Virus record (IMG/VR): IMGVR_UViG_3300025840_004398
Source of the DNA: a virus
Taxonomy: Duplodnaviria; Caudoviricetes
Direction: 5' to 3' (one strand)
DNA: 64,000 bases
The position numbers and the translations under genes were made by a program. The stretch's first letter is position 1. Each line of letters starts with the position of its first letter. A model generated the notes under the pieces. The model saw nothing but the letters and a program-made list of their open reading frames with translations. It was not told where the DNA came from and made no database searches. Shown here one piece after another: positions 30,725 to 40,005 of the stretch.

Positions 30725-31213
30725 ATGGCAGAAGTATTAGAATTCAACGATATGTTCTACACCAACTTCGAACCGAAGATGAAGAACAGATACATCATGG
30801 AAATTGATGGTATCCAGTCTTATCTTATTAAAACTGCAAATAGACCTTCTATTCAGTTCGAAACTGTAACCTTAGACCATATCAACGTTAAGAGAAAACT
30901 CAAAGGTAAAGGTGAGTGGCAAGATATCGAAATCACTCTATATGACCCAATCGTACCGAGTGGGGCACAACAAGTGATGGAATGGGTAAGAACTTCTCAC
31001 GAATCTTTAACAGGTAGAGATGGATATGCAGATTTTTATAAGAAAGATATTCAAATCTATATGTTAGGACCTGTTGGTGATAAAATTGAACAATGGACTC
31101 TTAAAGGTGCATTTATCAACAACGCAGTATTTAACGATTTAGATTGGGCATCTAATGACCCTTCAGAAATTAGTTTAACACTTTCTTATGATTACGCAAT
31201 TTTAGAATACTAA
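30725..31213 (+). CDS. Tail tube protein (T4 gp19-like)
   Basis: 162 aa directly after the sheath; FEPK..NRY, GKGEWQDIEITLYDPI, EQWTLKGAFI, ISLTLSYDYA. Confidence 0.9.
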   Translation: MAEVLEFNDMFYTNFEPKMKNRYIMEIDGIQSYLIKTANRPSIQFETVTLDHINVKRKLKGKGEWQDIEITLYDPIVPSGAQQVMEWVRTSHESLTGRDGYADFYKKDIQIYMLGPVGDKIEQWTLKGAFINNAVFNDLDWASNDPSEISLTLSYDYAILEY

Positions 31214-31241
31214 TACTACAATATACTTTTGATACTTCCAT

Positions 31242-31274
31242 AAAAGGTTCTCTTAGTGAGAACCTTTTTTTTTT
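31242..31274 (+). terminator. Rho-independent terminator
   Basis: AAAAGGTTCTC-TTAGT-GAGAACCTTTT plus T run after the tube gene. Confidence 0.85.
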
Positions 31275-31293
31275 CAACTTTTTTAAACTTATA

Positions 31294-31301
31294 TATTTAT
31301 A
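31294..31301 (+). promoter_or_regulatory. Putative late-promoter motif TATTTATA
   Basis: Just after a terminator and 22 nt before ORF 31324. Confidence 0.55.
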
Positions 31302-31323
31302 TACAAACATTAAAACTTAGTTT

Positions 31324-32094
31324 ATGGCAAATAATGATTTTCCAACGGAAGTGATAGAGCTTCCCTCTCAAGGAAAAGTATATCCTGAGGGACACCCGTT
31401 ATCAAAGGGTACGGTGGAGATAAAGTATATGACGGCTCGTGAAGAGGATATACTTGCTTCCCAAAATTTGATAAGAAGGGGGGTGGTACTTGATAAGTTG
31501 TTCGAATCTGTTGTAGTAGAAGAAGGTTTAGACATTGGTGATATTTTCATTGGTGATAAAAACGCTATTTTACTTGCAACTCGTGTTCTCGGTTATGGTA
31601 AAGACTATCAGGTCGAGGTAACTGACCCATTCACATTAGAACCCCAAAAAGTAACAATTGATTTATCAAAGGTTCAAACTAAAGATATTGACTTTGATAA
31701 ACTTAATAAAGAAAATAGATACGAATACACACTACCAACATCAGGTAAAAAAGTTGTTCTTAAATTATTAACTCATAAAGATGAGATTGATATTAATGCT
31801 GAAATTCAAGCACTACAAAGATTAACTGACAAAAAATCAGATGGACCTTCTCAAGACCTCTCAACACGAATGAGATATATGGTTGTTGAAATAGATGGTA
31901 ATACTGATAGAGGATTCATTAACAACTATGTTAAGAATAACTTGTTAGCAAGAGATTCTCGTGCTATTAGAAACTATATTAAAGAAATAAGTCCTGATTT
32001 AGATTTAACTTTTAACTTTACATCAGAACTGACAGGTGATACGGAGGCACTTGATATACCATTTGGTGCCGGGTTTTTTTACCCTACCGAGTGA
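31324..32094 (+). CDS. Baseplate hub/tail assembly chaperone (T4 gp26/gp51-like)
   Basis: LPSQGKVYP...VEIKYMTAREEDIL...GDKNAILLATRVLGYG; lies between tube and tape measure; ends GAGFFYPTE. Confidence 0.7.
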   Translation: MANNDFPTEVIELPSQGKVYPEGHPLSKGTVEIKYMTAREEDILASQNLIRRGVVLDKLFESVVVEEGLDIGDIFIGDKNAILLATRVLGYGKDYQVEVTDPFTLEPQKVTIDLSKVQTKDIDFDKLNKENRYEYTLPTSGKKVVLKLLTHKDEIDINAEIQALQRLTDKKSDGPSQDLSTRMRYMVVEIDGNTDRGFINNYVKNNLLARDSRAIRNYIKEISPDLDLTFNFTSELTGDTEALDIPFGAGFFYPTE

Positions 32095-32302
32095 TTACTC
32101 AATCCAACTTCATAACCAAATTTGGGAAATGGTTAACTATGGTAATGGATTTACTTGGTCTGAAGTCTATACCATGCCAATTCATTGGAGGAGGTTCTAC
32201 TATAAAAAGTTAGTAGATTCTAAGAAGAAAGAAAAAGAGGAGATGGACAAAGTAAACAAAAAATCTTCATCAAAAGGGCCAAATGTAAGAGTGAGGAAAT
32301 AA
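32036..32302 (+). CDS. Tail chaperone extension (probably expressed by frameshift from ORF 31324; own start doubtful)
   Basis: Overlaps the upstream gene in the +1 frame with no SD or good start; LHNQIW...FTWSEVYTMPIHWRRFY resembles gpT-like extensions. Confidence 0.6.
   Translation: MIRRHLIYHLVPGFFTLPSDYSIQLHNQIWEMVNYGNGFTWSEVYTMPIHWRRFYYKKLVDSKKKEKEEMDKVNKKSSSKGPNVRVRK
32071..32080 (+). other. Candidate programmed ribosomal frameshift site GGG TTT TTT T
   Basis: T7 run at the end of the chaperone ORF, where the overlapping +1 frame (to 32302) begins its protein-like sequence. Confidence 0.55.
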
Positions 32303-32317
32303 TTCCTCACTTTTTTT
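32290..32317 (+). terminator. Rho-independent terminator
   Basis: AGTGAGGAA-ATAA-TTCCTCACT plus T run. Confidence 0.85.
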
Positions 32318-32325
32318 GTGCTCTA

Positions 32326-32333
32326 TATTTATA
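32326..32333 (+). promoter_or_regulatory. Putative late-promoter motif TATTTATA
   Basis: Immediately after a terminator and before ORF 32362; followed by AAGGAG. Confidence 0.55.
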
Positions 32334-32361
32334 GTAGTATAAAAGTATAAAGGAGAAACTC

Positions 32362-32571
32362 ATGTCCAAAGATAAAGTAAACGAAGGATTATTTGGAGCA
32401 GCAAAGAAGTTTTCAGATTCATTCTTTGATGGATTAAAAGCTAATGCTACAAATAGAGCATTGGCCAATGCAAGAAAAAATAAAGATATACCTCCCCCTA
32501 TTGTTAAAAAGATGGTTCAAATAGATAAATTGGCAAAAGAACTTGAAGCTGATTTAAAAAAATATTCATAA
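32362..32571 (+). CDS. Hypothetical protein (69 aa)
   Basis: ORF with AAGGAG SD between chaperone and tape measure genes. Confidence 0.7.
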   Translation: MSKDKVNEGLFGAAKKFSDSFFDGLKANATNRALANARKNKDIPPPIVKKMVQIDKLAKELEADLKKYS

Positions 32572-32581
32572 GGATTGATAA

Positions 32582-35005
32582 ATGGCTCTTAATGATGATT
32601 TAAGAAATATTAAACAAGTAGCAACAGCGGCTAAAGAAGAAATAAAGTCGATGCTAAAAGGTCTTGATGCACAAGGTATCGAGGCAAAGAAAATAACGCC
32701 AGAATATCAAAAACAATTAGAAATACTAAAAGAATCAAACAAAGAAATACAGAATATAAGAGAAAAATACAAACAAAATACAGATGCTTTGATATCACAA
32801 GAAGGTAAATTAAAAAATTTAAGTGGTTTACAAGCTAGTATTGCAAGTACAGAAAGAGCAAGAATAGGATTTCAAAGTACTTTGGGTGCTGAACACCAAT
32901 CTTTATTCGATACATTAACATCTATTTCTGATAAGAACCAAGAACTTCTTGCGTTGTCTCGTGAAGATGTTATATCTCGTTCCTTACTTACAGAAGAAAT
33001 TAGAAGTATGTTAGATGAACTCCAAGATGTTGGTGGGGTTAATCAAGGAATACTTGATACTATGGAAGAACAATTCCAAATTGCAAATGGTATATCAAGT
33101 ATGTCTCAAAAACAACAAGGATTCCTAAATAAACAATTGGGTGTTTATGATGGTATTAAAGATACCATTGGTGGTATATTAGAAACCGCAAGTTTACTAA
33201 CAAGTACGTTAGGAGGTGCAGTAGGTGGTGTACTCATAGGGTTGGGTATTGGTCTGAATAAAATAATGGGAGTTAATAAAGAATTGGGATACTCAGTAGA
33301 CCAATTAAATGCAGCATCAACTGAAGCTGGATTACTTTCTTTCTTTATATCTGATGCTGGTGCCAATCTTAAAACATTACAAGATGAGTTTGGAGGAACA
33401 AAGAACTTATCAGCTGGTGTTCAAACGGATGTTGCCTTGTTATCTTTATATGCAGGTGCAAGTGGACAACAAATAGCTAAACTTACAGGTACGTTTGCAA
33501 GATTAAATGGTAGTTCAACTGCGGTAGCAATGGATATGATTGAAACTACTCGTCAGTTAGCTTACCAAAGAGGAGTTGCTCCTGGTCAGGTTTTACAAGA
33601 TATGGCTGATGCAGCCGAGGAAACTGCAACATTCTCAAAAGGAACTGGTAGAAACTTAATGGAAGCGGCGGTAGCTGCAAGACAATTGGGTATTTCACTA
33701 CAAACCGCTGGTGGTGTAGCAAATAACTTATTAGACTTTGAGTCATCTATAACAAAAGAATTAGAATTATCAGCTATGTTAGGTAAAAGTATTAACCTTA
33801 ACAGAGCAAGAGGTTTGGCTTATGCTGGTAAAACAACTCAAGCGGTTCAAGAAGCAGTAAAACAATTGGGTGGATATAATGCATTTGTTGCTATGGACCC
33901 AATAATGAGAAAACAAACCGCTGATTTACTTGGTGTTTCTGTATCTGAATTAGAAAAGATGGCAAACAATCAAGGAAGAATTTCAGAAGGAACATCTTAT
34001 ACTCAACAAGCGTTTGATAAAATATCAGGATTAGCTAAAGCAGTTGGTAATAGTGTTGGTGATATGGCTATCGCTGCTGGTGGATTTGTAATGTCTCTTG
34101 GACAGGCAGTTATTCAATATAAAACATTGAAAGCACTACAAAATGCACCAACTACTGGTGGAGGTCTTACCAATATGGTTCAATCTAAATCAGGTAAGAT
34201 GTTTGACGTTAATTCACCACAAGGAAGAATGATTGCAACAAAAGGAGGAACACAATCCTTACCACAAACATCAGGACCTGGTAATATAACCCAACAAACA
34301 AGTAATGCTGGTAGAAACATGAGTAATATTCTCAAAGGAGCAGCGGCAATGTTAATAGTTGCGGCGTCTTTATTCGTTCTTGGTAAAGCATTACAAGAAT
34401 TTAGTGATATTGGTAAAGAACAAATGATTGCAGCTGGTGTTGGTTTGTTAGGATTAGTAGGTTCAGTAGCTCTAATGGGAGCACTTCTATCAGGTCCACA
34501 AGCAGCGGCAGTATTAGTAGGTGCGGCAGCTATGTTAGTTGTTGCTTCTTCAATTTACGTTCTTGGTAAAGCAATACAAGAAATGGCAACTGGTTTCAAT
34601 ATGTTAAGTGGAATTGGAGAAAATCTAACTCCTTTAATTGGAATGATACCTGGTATAATTGGTTTAGCTGCGGCATTTGGTGCACTTGGATATGGATTGG
34701 CTGCACTTGGAGCTATGGGAATGGTATCAATTCCTGTATTGTTAGCACTTGGAGCAGTTGGTGGTGGTATAGCCGCACTAGCTAGTTCATTTGGTGGTGG
34801 TAATAAAGAAGAAGGTGGTGAGGATTCTCTTTCGTATTATCAAACAACAATGTTAGATAAAATGGGAGAACTAATTAATTCAGTAAAAAATATAGATACA
34901 GATGTTTATATAAACGGAAGTTTAGTAACCGATAATGTAACTAAAAACCAACAAGCAAGTTATAAAAACTTAGCTGGTAGAGGTGTAGTATTTGGAGGAA
35001 GTTAA
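32582..35005 (+). CDS. Tape measure protein
   Basis: 807 aa, helical Ala/Gly/Leu/Gln-rich with hydrophobic C-terminal stretches; canonical position after tube and chaperone. Confidence 0.75.
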   Translation: MALNDDLRNIKQVATAAKEEIKSMLKGLDAQGIEAKKITPEYQKQLEILKESNKEIQNIREKYKQNTDALISQEGKLKNLSGLQASIASTERARIGFQSTLGAEHQSLFDTLTSISDKNQELLALSREDVISRSLLTEEIRSMLDELQDVGGVNQGILDTMEEQFQIANGISSMSQKQQGFLNKQLGVYDGIKDTIGGILETASLLTSTLGGAVGGVLIGLGIGLNKIMGVNKELGYSVDQLNAASTEAGLLSFFISDAGANLKTLQDEFGGTKNLSAGVQTDVALLSLYAGASGQQIAKLTGTFARLNGSSTAVAMDMIETTRQLAYQRGVAPGQVLQDMADAAEETATFSKGTGRNLMEAAVAARQLGISLQTAGGVANNLLDFESSITKELELSAMLGKSINLNRARGLAYAGKTTQAVQEAVKQLGGYNAFVAMDPIMRKQTADLLGVSVSELEKMANNQGRISEGTSYTQQAFDKISGLAKAVGNSVGDMAIAAGGFVMSLGQAVIQYKTLKALQNAPTTGGGLTNMVQSKSGKMFDVNSPQGRMIATKGGTQSLPQTSGPGNITQQTSNAGRNMSNILKGAAAMLIVAASLFVLGKALQEFSDIGKEQMIAAGVGLLGLVGSVALMGALLSGPQAAAVLVGAAAMLVVASSIYVLGKAIQEMATGFNMLSGIGENLTPLIGMIPGIIGLAAAFGALGYGLAALGAMGMVSIPVLLALGAVGGGIAALASSFGGGNKEEGGEDSLSYYQTTMLDKMGELINSVKNIDTDVYINGSLVTDNVTKNQQASYKNLAGRGVVFGGS

Positions 35006-35006
35006 T

Positions 35007-36698
35007 ATGGGAAAAACATTATTAGAACTTTTTGAAAATAAAGATTCCTTCAAATATGGAACTGTTTACTCTGAAGTAAAAGAAGAAAAAGAAACTCGCT
35101 TTGAACAAGAAACAAGTGGTCTCAGACCTTCATCTGCGGTAGAAATTGGCAATCCTTTGATTTATGGTACAGATACCATTAGAATTACCACAAGAACTAC
35201 TGATATGTTGGATACCATAAAAAATGATAGAGGTAGACAAGGTATTGCTGGTTTAGCTTCTGGTGCGATTGCTAAAGCAAAACAAAAAGCAAATAACTTA
35301 ACTGCTAAATTACTTGGTTTTCCTGCACCAAACAATCCATCTAATATTATAGCTATTGGTAAAAATAGTGGTCCTTTTTTACCTGGTGTTGGATTTACTC
35401 CAACCCCACCTTATGTATTTGAAAACTCAACTTCATTAAATCCAGCAATAATTGGACTAAAAGCAAGAAGTGCATTTACTGGTATTCCTTATGGGCCTGG
35501 TAATGAGCAAGATACAATGTATAATCTTGCTAAGATAAAAGATAAATATGGTGGAACTGAAATAGGAAAATTACTCAAAGCTTCTTTAGGTGGAAATCCA
35601 TCAACTGTTGGTAAAGAATTGGCTGGTAATGCAATTCAACTTGCCAAAGATAAATTAAGAGATGCTATATTTGGTGGTGGTGATTTAAAAGCACCACAAA
35701 CTGCCAAAAGAGATATGGATGCTTATGGTTCTGGTGAGAAAAGATATTCATATGTAAGAGGTAAAACTCAAGATGGTACTCAAAGAACAGATGGTGCAAT
35801 TAAAGCAGATGATTTCTTAGACCAAAATCCTTTATTAAAATCAGTATCACCAATTTATGGTGTAGAGAGAAAAGGACCTCCTATAAAAACTCCAACAAGT
35901 CCACAAGATGGTCATTTTGGAAAATCTGAATATGGATTAAAAACTTTTTCATCTAAACCAGCATCACAATATTCACCTGTTGATGGGGAAAATTATACTG
36001 CAAAAGCTAAAGATGATGAAAAGAAAACAATCTATGGTTGGTATGGGATTGACAACAAAAACGATTGGTTGGCTGATGTAAGAAGTGATGACGAATACAA
36101 ATTAGATAAAGACAAAGCTTTCCCATCTAAAGATGGAAATGAAACTGCGGCTCTTTTAAGTGATTTTATACCTGTATGGATTAAAAGAAGAGGTAGTGAA
36201 TATCCTATATTTTTCAGAGCTACCATTACTGGTTTAAATGAGACAGTTTCACCAACATGGAACTCACAGAACTTTGCTGGTAACCCTTATAATTTTTACA
36301 CATTTCAAACTATTGAAAGAAGTACTTCATTCAATTTAAAAGTTTTTTGTATGAATAAGAATGAACTTATTTCTATGTGGGATAAGATTTCATCTTTAAC
36401 TAAATTGGCATATCCATCTATTGGAGCACAATATGCAAACTCACCTTTAATACAATTTAGAATAGGTGATATATATAATAATAAAACAGGATTTATAGAA
36501 TCACTTCAATATACAATGCCTGATGAGGGAACTTGGGAAACAGATGGTGACCAAGGTTATCTTCCAAAAATAGTAGATATTGCATTAACTATTAAATTTG
36601 TAGAAAACATTGGTGCAGAAGATAAACCATACGGAATTAAGATAAAAAGAAGAGAAGAAAAACCATTAGATGTTTCAACTTCAGATGCAATAGTATAA
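35007..36698 (+). CDS. Baseplate/tail-tube initiator-like protein (gp48/gp54-like C-terminal domain)
   Basis: IFFRATITGLNETVSPTWN...YTFQTIERSTSFNLKV...FRIGDIY...GFIESLQY...WE. ATG at 35007 follows GGAGG, preferred over the track start at 34992. Confidence 0.6.
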   Translation: MGKTLLELFENKDSFKYGTVYSEVKEEKETRFEQETSGLRPSSAVEIGNPLIYGTDTIRITTRTTDMLDTIKNDRGRQGIAGLASGAIAKAKQKANNLTAKLLGFPAPNNPSNIIAIGKNSGPFLPGVGFTPTPPYVFENSTSLNPAIIGLKARSAFTGIPYGPGNEQDTMYNLAKIKDKYGGTEIGKLLKASLGGNPSTVGKELAGNAIQLAKDKLRDAIFGGGDLKAPQTAKRDMDAYGSGEKRYSYVRGKTQDGTQRTDGAIKADDFLDQNPLLKSVSPIYGVERKGPPIKTPTSPQDGHFGKSEYGLKTFSSKPASQYSPVDGENYTAKAKDDEKKTIYGWYGIDNKNDWLADVRSDDEYKLDKDKAFPSKDGNETAALLSDFIPVWIKRRGSEYPIFFRATITGLNETVSPTWNSQNFAGNPYNFYTFQTIERSTSFNLKVFCMNKNELISMWDKISSLTKLAYPSIGAQYANSPLIQFRIGDIYNNKTGFIESLQYTMPDEGTWETDGDQGYLPKIVDIALTIKFVENIGAEDKPYGIKIKRREEKPLDVSTSDAIV

Positions 36699-36710
36699 GG
36701 ATAATAAGAT

Positions 36711-37001
36711 ATGGCTGGTAGATACGATAATAATTTTGAAAAAAAACTTAAAGATGGTAGAATGGTCTATAAATCTAAAATTTATCCATCAATACCTAAA
36801 TCCGATGAGGATATTTATGTAGTAATTCAGGGTGGAGATAGATTAGATACACTTGCACATCAATACTATGAAGATTCTTCTTTATGGTGGATTATCGCTA
36901 GTGCTAATAACATCCATGACCCATCATTTACAGTTAAAGAAGGTACTATTCTAAGAATTCCGACAGACCAATTTTCTATAATAAATAATTTTAATCAGTA
37001 A
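36711..37001 (+). CDS. LysM/gpX/gp53-like baseplate protein
   Basis: GDRLDTLAHQYYEDSSLWWIIASAN...GTILRIP. Confidence 0.8.
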   Translation: MAGRYDNNFEKKLKDGRMVYKSKIYPSIPKSDEDIYVVIQGGDRLDTLAHQYYEDSSLWWIIASANNIHDPSFTVKEGTILRIPTDQFSIINNFNQ

Positions 37002-37004
37002 GTT

Positions 37005-39593
37005 ATGTCAACATTTCCAAATCTATCATATATTAATGGAGATATTGTAGACACGATAAACAGTAGAAAAAATAATGTTTATGCTTCTACTCTTATGCCT
37101 TGGATTCGTTTATCCACCGCAATTGGATTTAATGATGGTAAGGGTGGACTGATAATAGAAAGTTTACCTTTCAAAAAAGAAAAAGATAAAGAAACAGGAC
37201 AAGATAAGACTTTTTCAACTGATAGATTATCCGCAAGATATGGAACTGATAAATCAGGAAGGATAGGAACTGACTTTAAAGGTAATTCTATTTATACGGA
37301 TGGTGAAACCAGAGTAGGTAGACCACAACCAATTATATCCGCACTATCTATAAAAAATGGACAAGAGGGGCTAAGTAAGCATGCTGAGTTTGTTATAACT
37401 TGTCATACACTTGAACAATTAAATTTCATAACAAAGAGATTTTTAGAACCAGGATTTATGGTTCTTGTAGAATTTGGATGGAATACTTCATTGGCTATAT
37501 CACAAAAAGTTGATTTACGAAACAATCCAATATGTGAGATGTCTAAATATAATTCCTATGATTATTTACAAAGTAAAAAAAATAAATCAAAAGGTACTTA
37601 TGATGCATTTTTGGGATATATTACAGGTGGGGATATAAAAAGTGGTGATGGTGATGTTTATCAAGTTAGTGTTAAATTAACTACAATTGGTGAATTACCA
37701 TCTTATTACCAAAGACACATAGCCACAAATTCACCAAATGAGAAAAACACAGAAACAGGTAAACCATATCCTGAATTCAGTATAAATAAGGATTTGGAAG
37801 AGGCTAAGGATATAGGTAGAAATTTATTCAAAATCATGTATAATGATTTACCTAAATCAAAACAAACTGATATAGTAAAATCACTTGCTGATGTTTCTGA
37901 TGTGATGGGTAATAAATTTAGTAATCCTGTCAATTTTTTAAACTTTGATAAAGAGATTCAAGAAACACTTGCTAAAGTATATTCCGATTCTGCAAAAATT
38001 AAAACAGACCGAGGTAGTGATGAGTCATTTGAAATGCCAGAGGGGGCAGAGTTGGTAGATAGCGAAAGATTTATTAGATTAGAACTTGCTTTTGCAATAT
38101 TAAATACAACAGACAAGGTATTAAAACAAGTTGATGTTAGTAGTTGTAAAGGTGTAAGTACTTATAATTTTGAGATAAATACTAATGATTGTATTTGTAG
38201 AGCTTTTCCAAATATATTTTCTACTGATAAGAGTATATTATATATACCAAATCCAGCTTTACCAACATTTAATTTAAAAGAAGTTTTAACTTCGGATGAA
38301 CCTATTGGTAATATTATATCAGTAAATGAAAAAGGTTTAGTAAAAAGAACTGTAAATGGTAATTTAGCATCAAAATCTGATTTTAAGGCAACAATGAATA
38401 ATAGTCCTGATTATACATATGGGTTTCCACATCCTAATGACTATAATAGTGGAGTGTTCATTGAAATGAGTAATTATACTAATACTGATGCTGATGATTT
38501 TGTTGAAAAAAGTTATCCTGCAAAACATTATGGTTGGTTAAGAAACTTATACATTAATTTTGACTTTTTTGTAGATGTAATTGGTAGAGATTCATATACT
38601 ACACTTGATGTGTATTATGAAATATTAAACTCTATATCTTCTGCCGTTAATAATCAATGGGTTTTTGAAATAGTAGAACAAGATAGTCCTATAACTAAAT
38701 CAAAAGAACTTGCAGTAAAAGAATTAACTTTTTCAGGAACGGCAAAAAGTCCATATGAAGATGCACCAAAATTTTGGACAAAAGGTAAAAACACTCCATT
38801 TATAGAATCAGACTTAGATGTAACTTTACCTGCAGCACTAAAAAGTTCTATTGTTGGTGCAAGATTAAGTAATGCAATTGGAGAATCAAACGATACTATG
38901 ATACAAGAAGGTGTATCTGTTGTTGATGAAACATTGGGTAGAGGATTATTTTCTCAATTAAGAGACCCATTATTAGAAATGTTAAGTAGTTTTAATCCAA
39001 CTGATAGTGATGAGGCTTTACAAAATGCTGCTTCTGAGTATGAACCAACTGAAGAAGAAATAAATGCTGAATATAGAAGAAAATATGGGGCAAAGTATAG
39101 GGGTAGTGAAAAACAACAAGATTCACGAGAAGTTGCCAGACAATCTTTAATTAATAAAAGAAAAGAGGAAGCAGAAGAAGAAACTAAACAAAAAAACTTT
39201 GATTTATTTACACAAAATGCTGGTGTATATCCAATGCGTATTAACAGAAAAGATATAAATGAAAGTTTTGGAAATTGGTTTACCCAATTATTTAATGACC
39301 CATCTTCAAAAAATGATTTAGAAGATTATTTATTGATAGGTACATATAATGATGCATCTGCATTTAGAATGGTTTATATGTCAACTGAAAGTAAATCATT
39401 AGGTATATTAATGCCAATTAATTTTACATTTTCGGTACATGGTGTTAGTGGTTTAAGAGTTGGTGATATTTTTGCTTTAAATGATTTACCTGACCCGTTT
39501 ACAAGTAGTATATTTCAAATACTTGAAGTTTCTCATGAAATTTCAAATGGACAATGGTTAACAACTGCAAGAGCAGGATTTAGAAACATATAA
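37005..39593 (+). CDS. Baseplate hub-like protein (gp27/gpD-like C-terminus)
   Basis: C-terminal FSVHGVSGLRVGDIF...FQILEVSHEIS..QWLTT; follows the LysM-like gene. Confidence 0.55.
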   Translation: MSTFPNLSYINGDIVDTINSRKNNVYASTLMPWIRLSTAIGFNDGKGGLIIESLPFKKEKDKETGQDKTFSTDRLSARYGTDKSGRIGTDFKGNSIYTDGETRVGRPQPIISALSIKNGQEGLSKHAEFVITCHTLEQLNFITKRFLEPGFMVLVEFGWNTSLAISQKVDLRNNPICEMSKYNSYDYLQSKKNKSKGTYDAFLGYITGGDIKSGDGDVYQVSVKLTTIGELPSYYQRHIATNSPNEKNTETGKPYPEFSINKDLEEAKDIGRNLFKIMYNDLPKSKQTDIVKSLADVSDVMGNKFSNPVNFLNFDKEIQETLAKVYSDSAKIKTDRGSDESFEMPEGAELVDSERFIRLELAFAILNTTDKVLKQVDVSSCKGVSTYNFEINTNDCICRAFPNIFSTDKSILYIPNPALPTFNLKEVLTSDEPIGNIISVNEKGLVKRTVNGNLASKSDFKATMNNSPDYTYGFPHPNDYNSGVFIEMSNYTNTDADDFVEKSYPAKHYGWLRNLYINFDFFVDVIGRDSYTTLDVYYEILNSISSAVNNQWVFEIVEQDSPITKSKELAVKELTFSGTAKSPYEDAPKFWTKGKNTPFIESDLDVTLPAALKSSIVGARLSNAIGESNDTMIQEGVSVVDETLGRGLFSQLRDPLLEMLSSFNPTDSDEALQNAASEYEPTEEEINAEYRRKYGAKYRGSEKQQDSREVARQSLINKRKEEAEEETKQKNFDLFTQNAGVYPMRINRKDINESFGNWFTQLFNDPSSKNDLEDYLLIGTYNDASAFRMVYMSTESKSLGILMPINFTFSVHGVSGLRVGDIFALNDLPDPFTSSIFQILEVSHEISNGQWLTTARAGFRNI

Positions 39594-39979
39594 TGGATAA
39601 TATAGAAAGATATAATCAAATAGGAAAATCTTTAAATAATCTAAATAAGATTAAAACCTTTGTGCCTAATCCAAACGAAACTGATTATAAAAAAGGATAC
39701 ATCACTAGATATTTTATTAGAAAGTCTAATGATGATAACTCACAGATATATGAAATTTCTTCTAAAAATTATAGTAAATATTCAACGAATCCTTTGTATT
39801 CTTCGGTAAAATTAGATTGGCGAATATCAGGACCTATAACCGAAACAAAAGATACATTAACTGGATTAATGGATAAGGGTGTAAGGACATCTAATTTAAT
39901 ATCTGTAAAAATTGCATCTGAAAAAATAAGTAATATAAAAATGTATCTTCCAAATTTTTTACAATTTCATAAATCATAA
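39593..39979 (+). CDS. Hypothetical protein
   Basis: 128-aa ORF translationally coupled to the hub gene. Confidence 0.65.
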   Translation: MDNIERYNQIGKSLNNLNKIKTFVPNPNETDYKKGYITRYFIRKSNDDNSQIYEISSKNYSKYSTNPLYSSVKLDWRISGPITETKDTLTGLMDKGVRTSNLISVKIASEKISNIKMYLPNFLQFHKS

Positions 39980-40005
39980 TATATATAGATATAAATTTAG
40001 TTTAT

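Noticed and set aside
32092-32115. TGA readthrough or alternative genetic code
   Set aside because: Reading through TGA at 32092 hits TAA within seven codons. Genes across the window are intact and densely packed under the standard code.
28369-39593. Sheath-tube-LysM-hub cluster as a bacterial extracellular contractile injection system (Afp/PVC/MAC)
   Set aside because: It is embedded with a tape measure gene and a phage replication module (SSB, RecA, helicase, RNR); no host housekeeping genes flank it.
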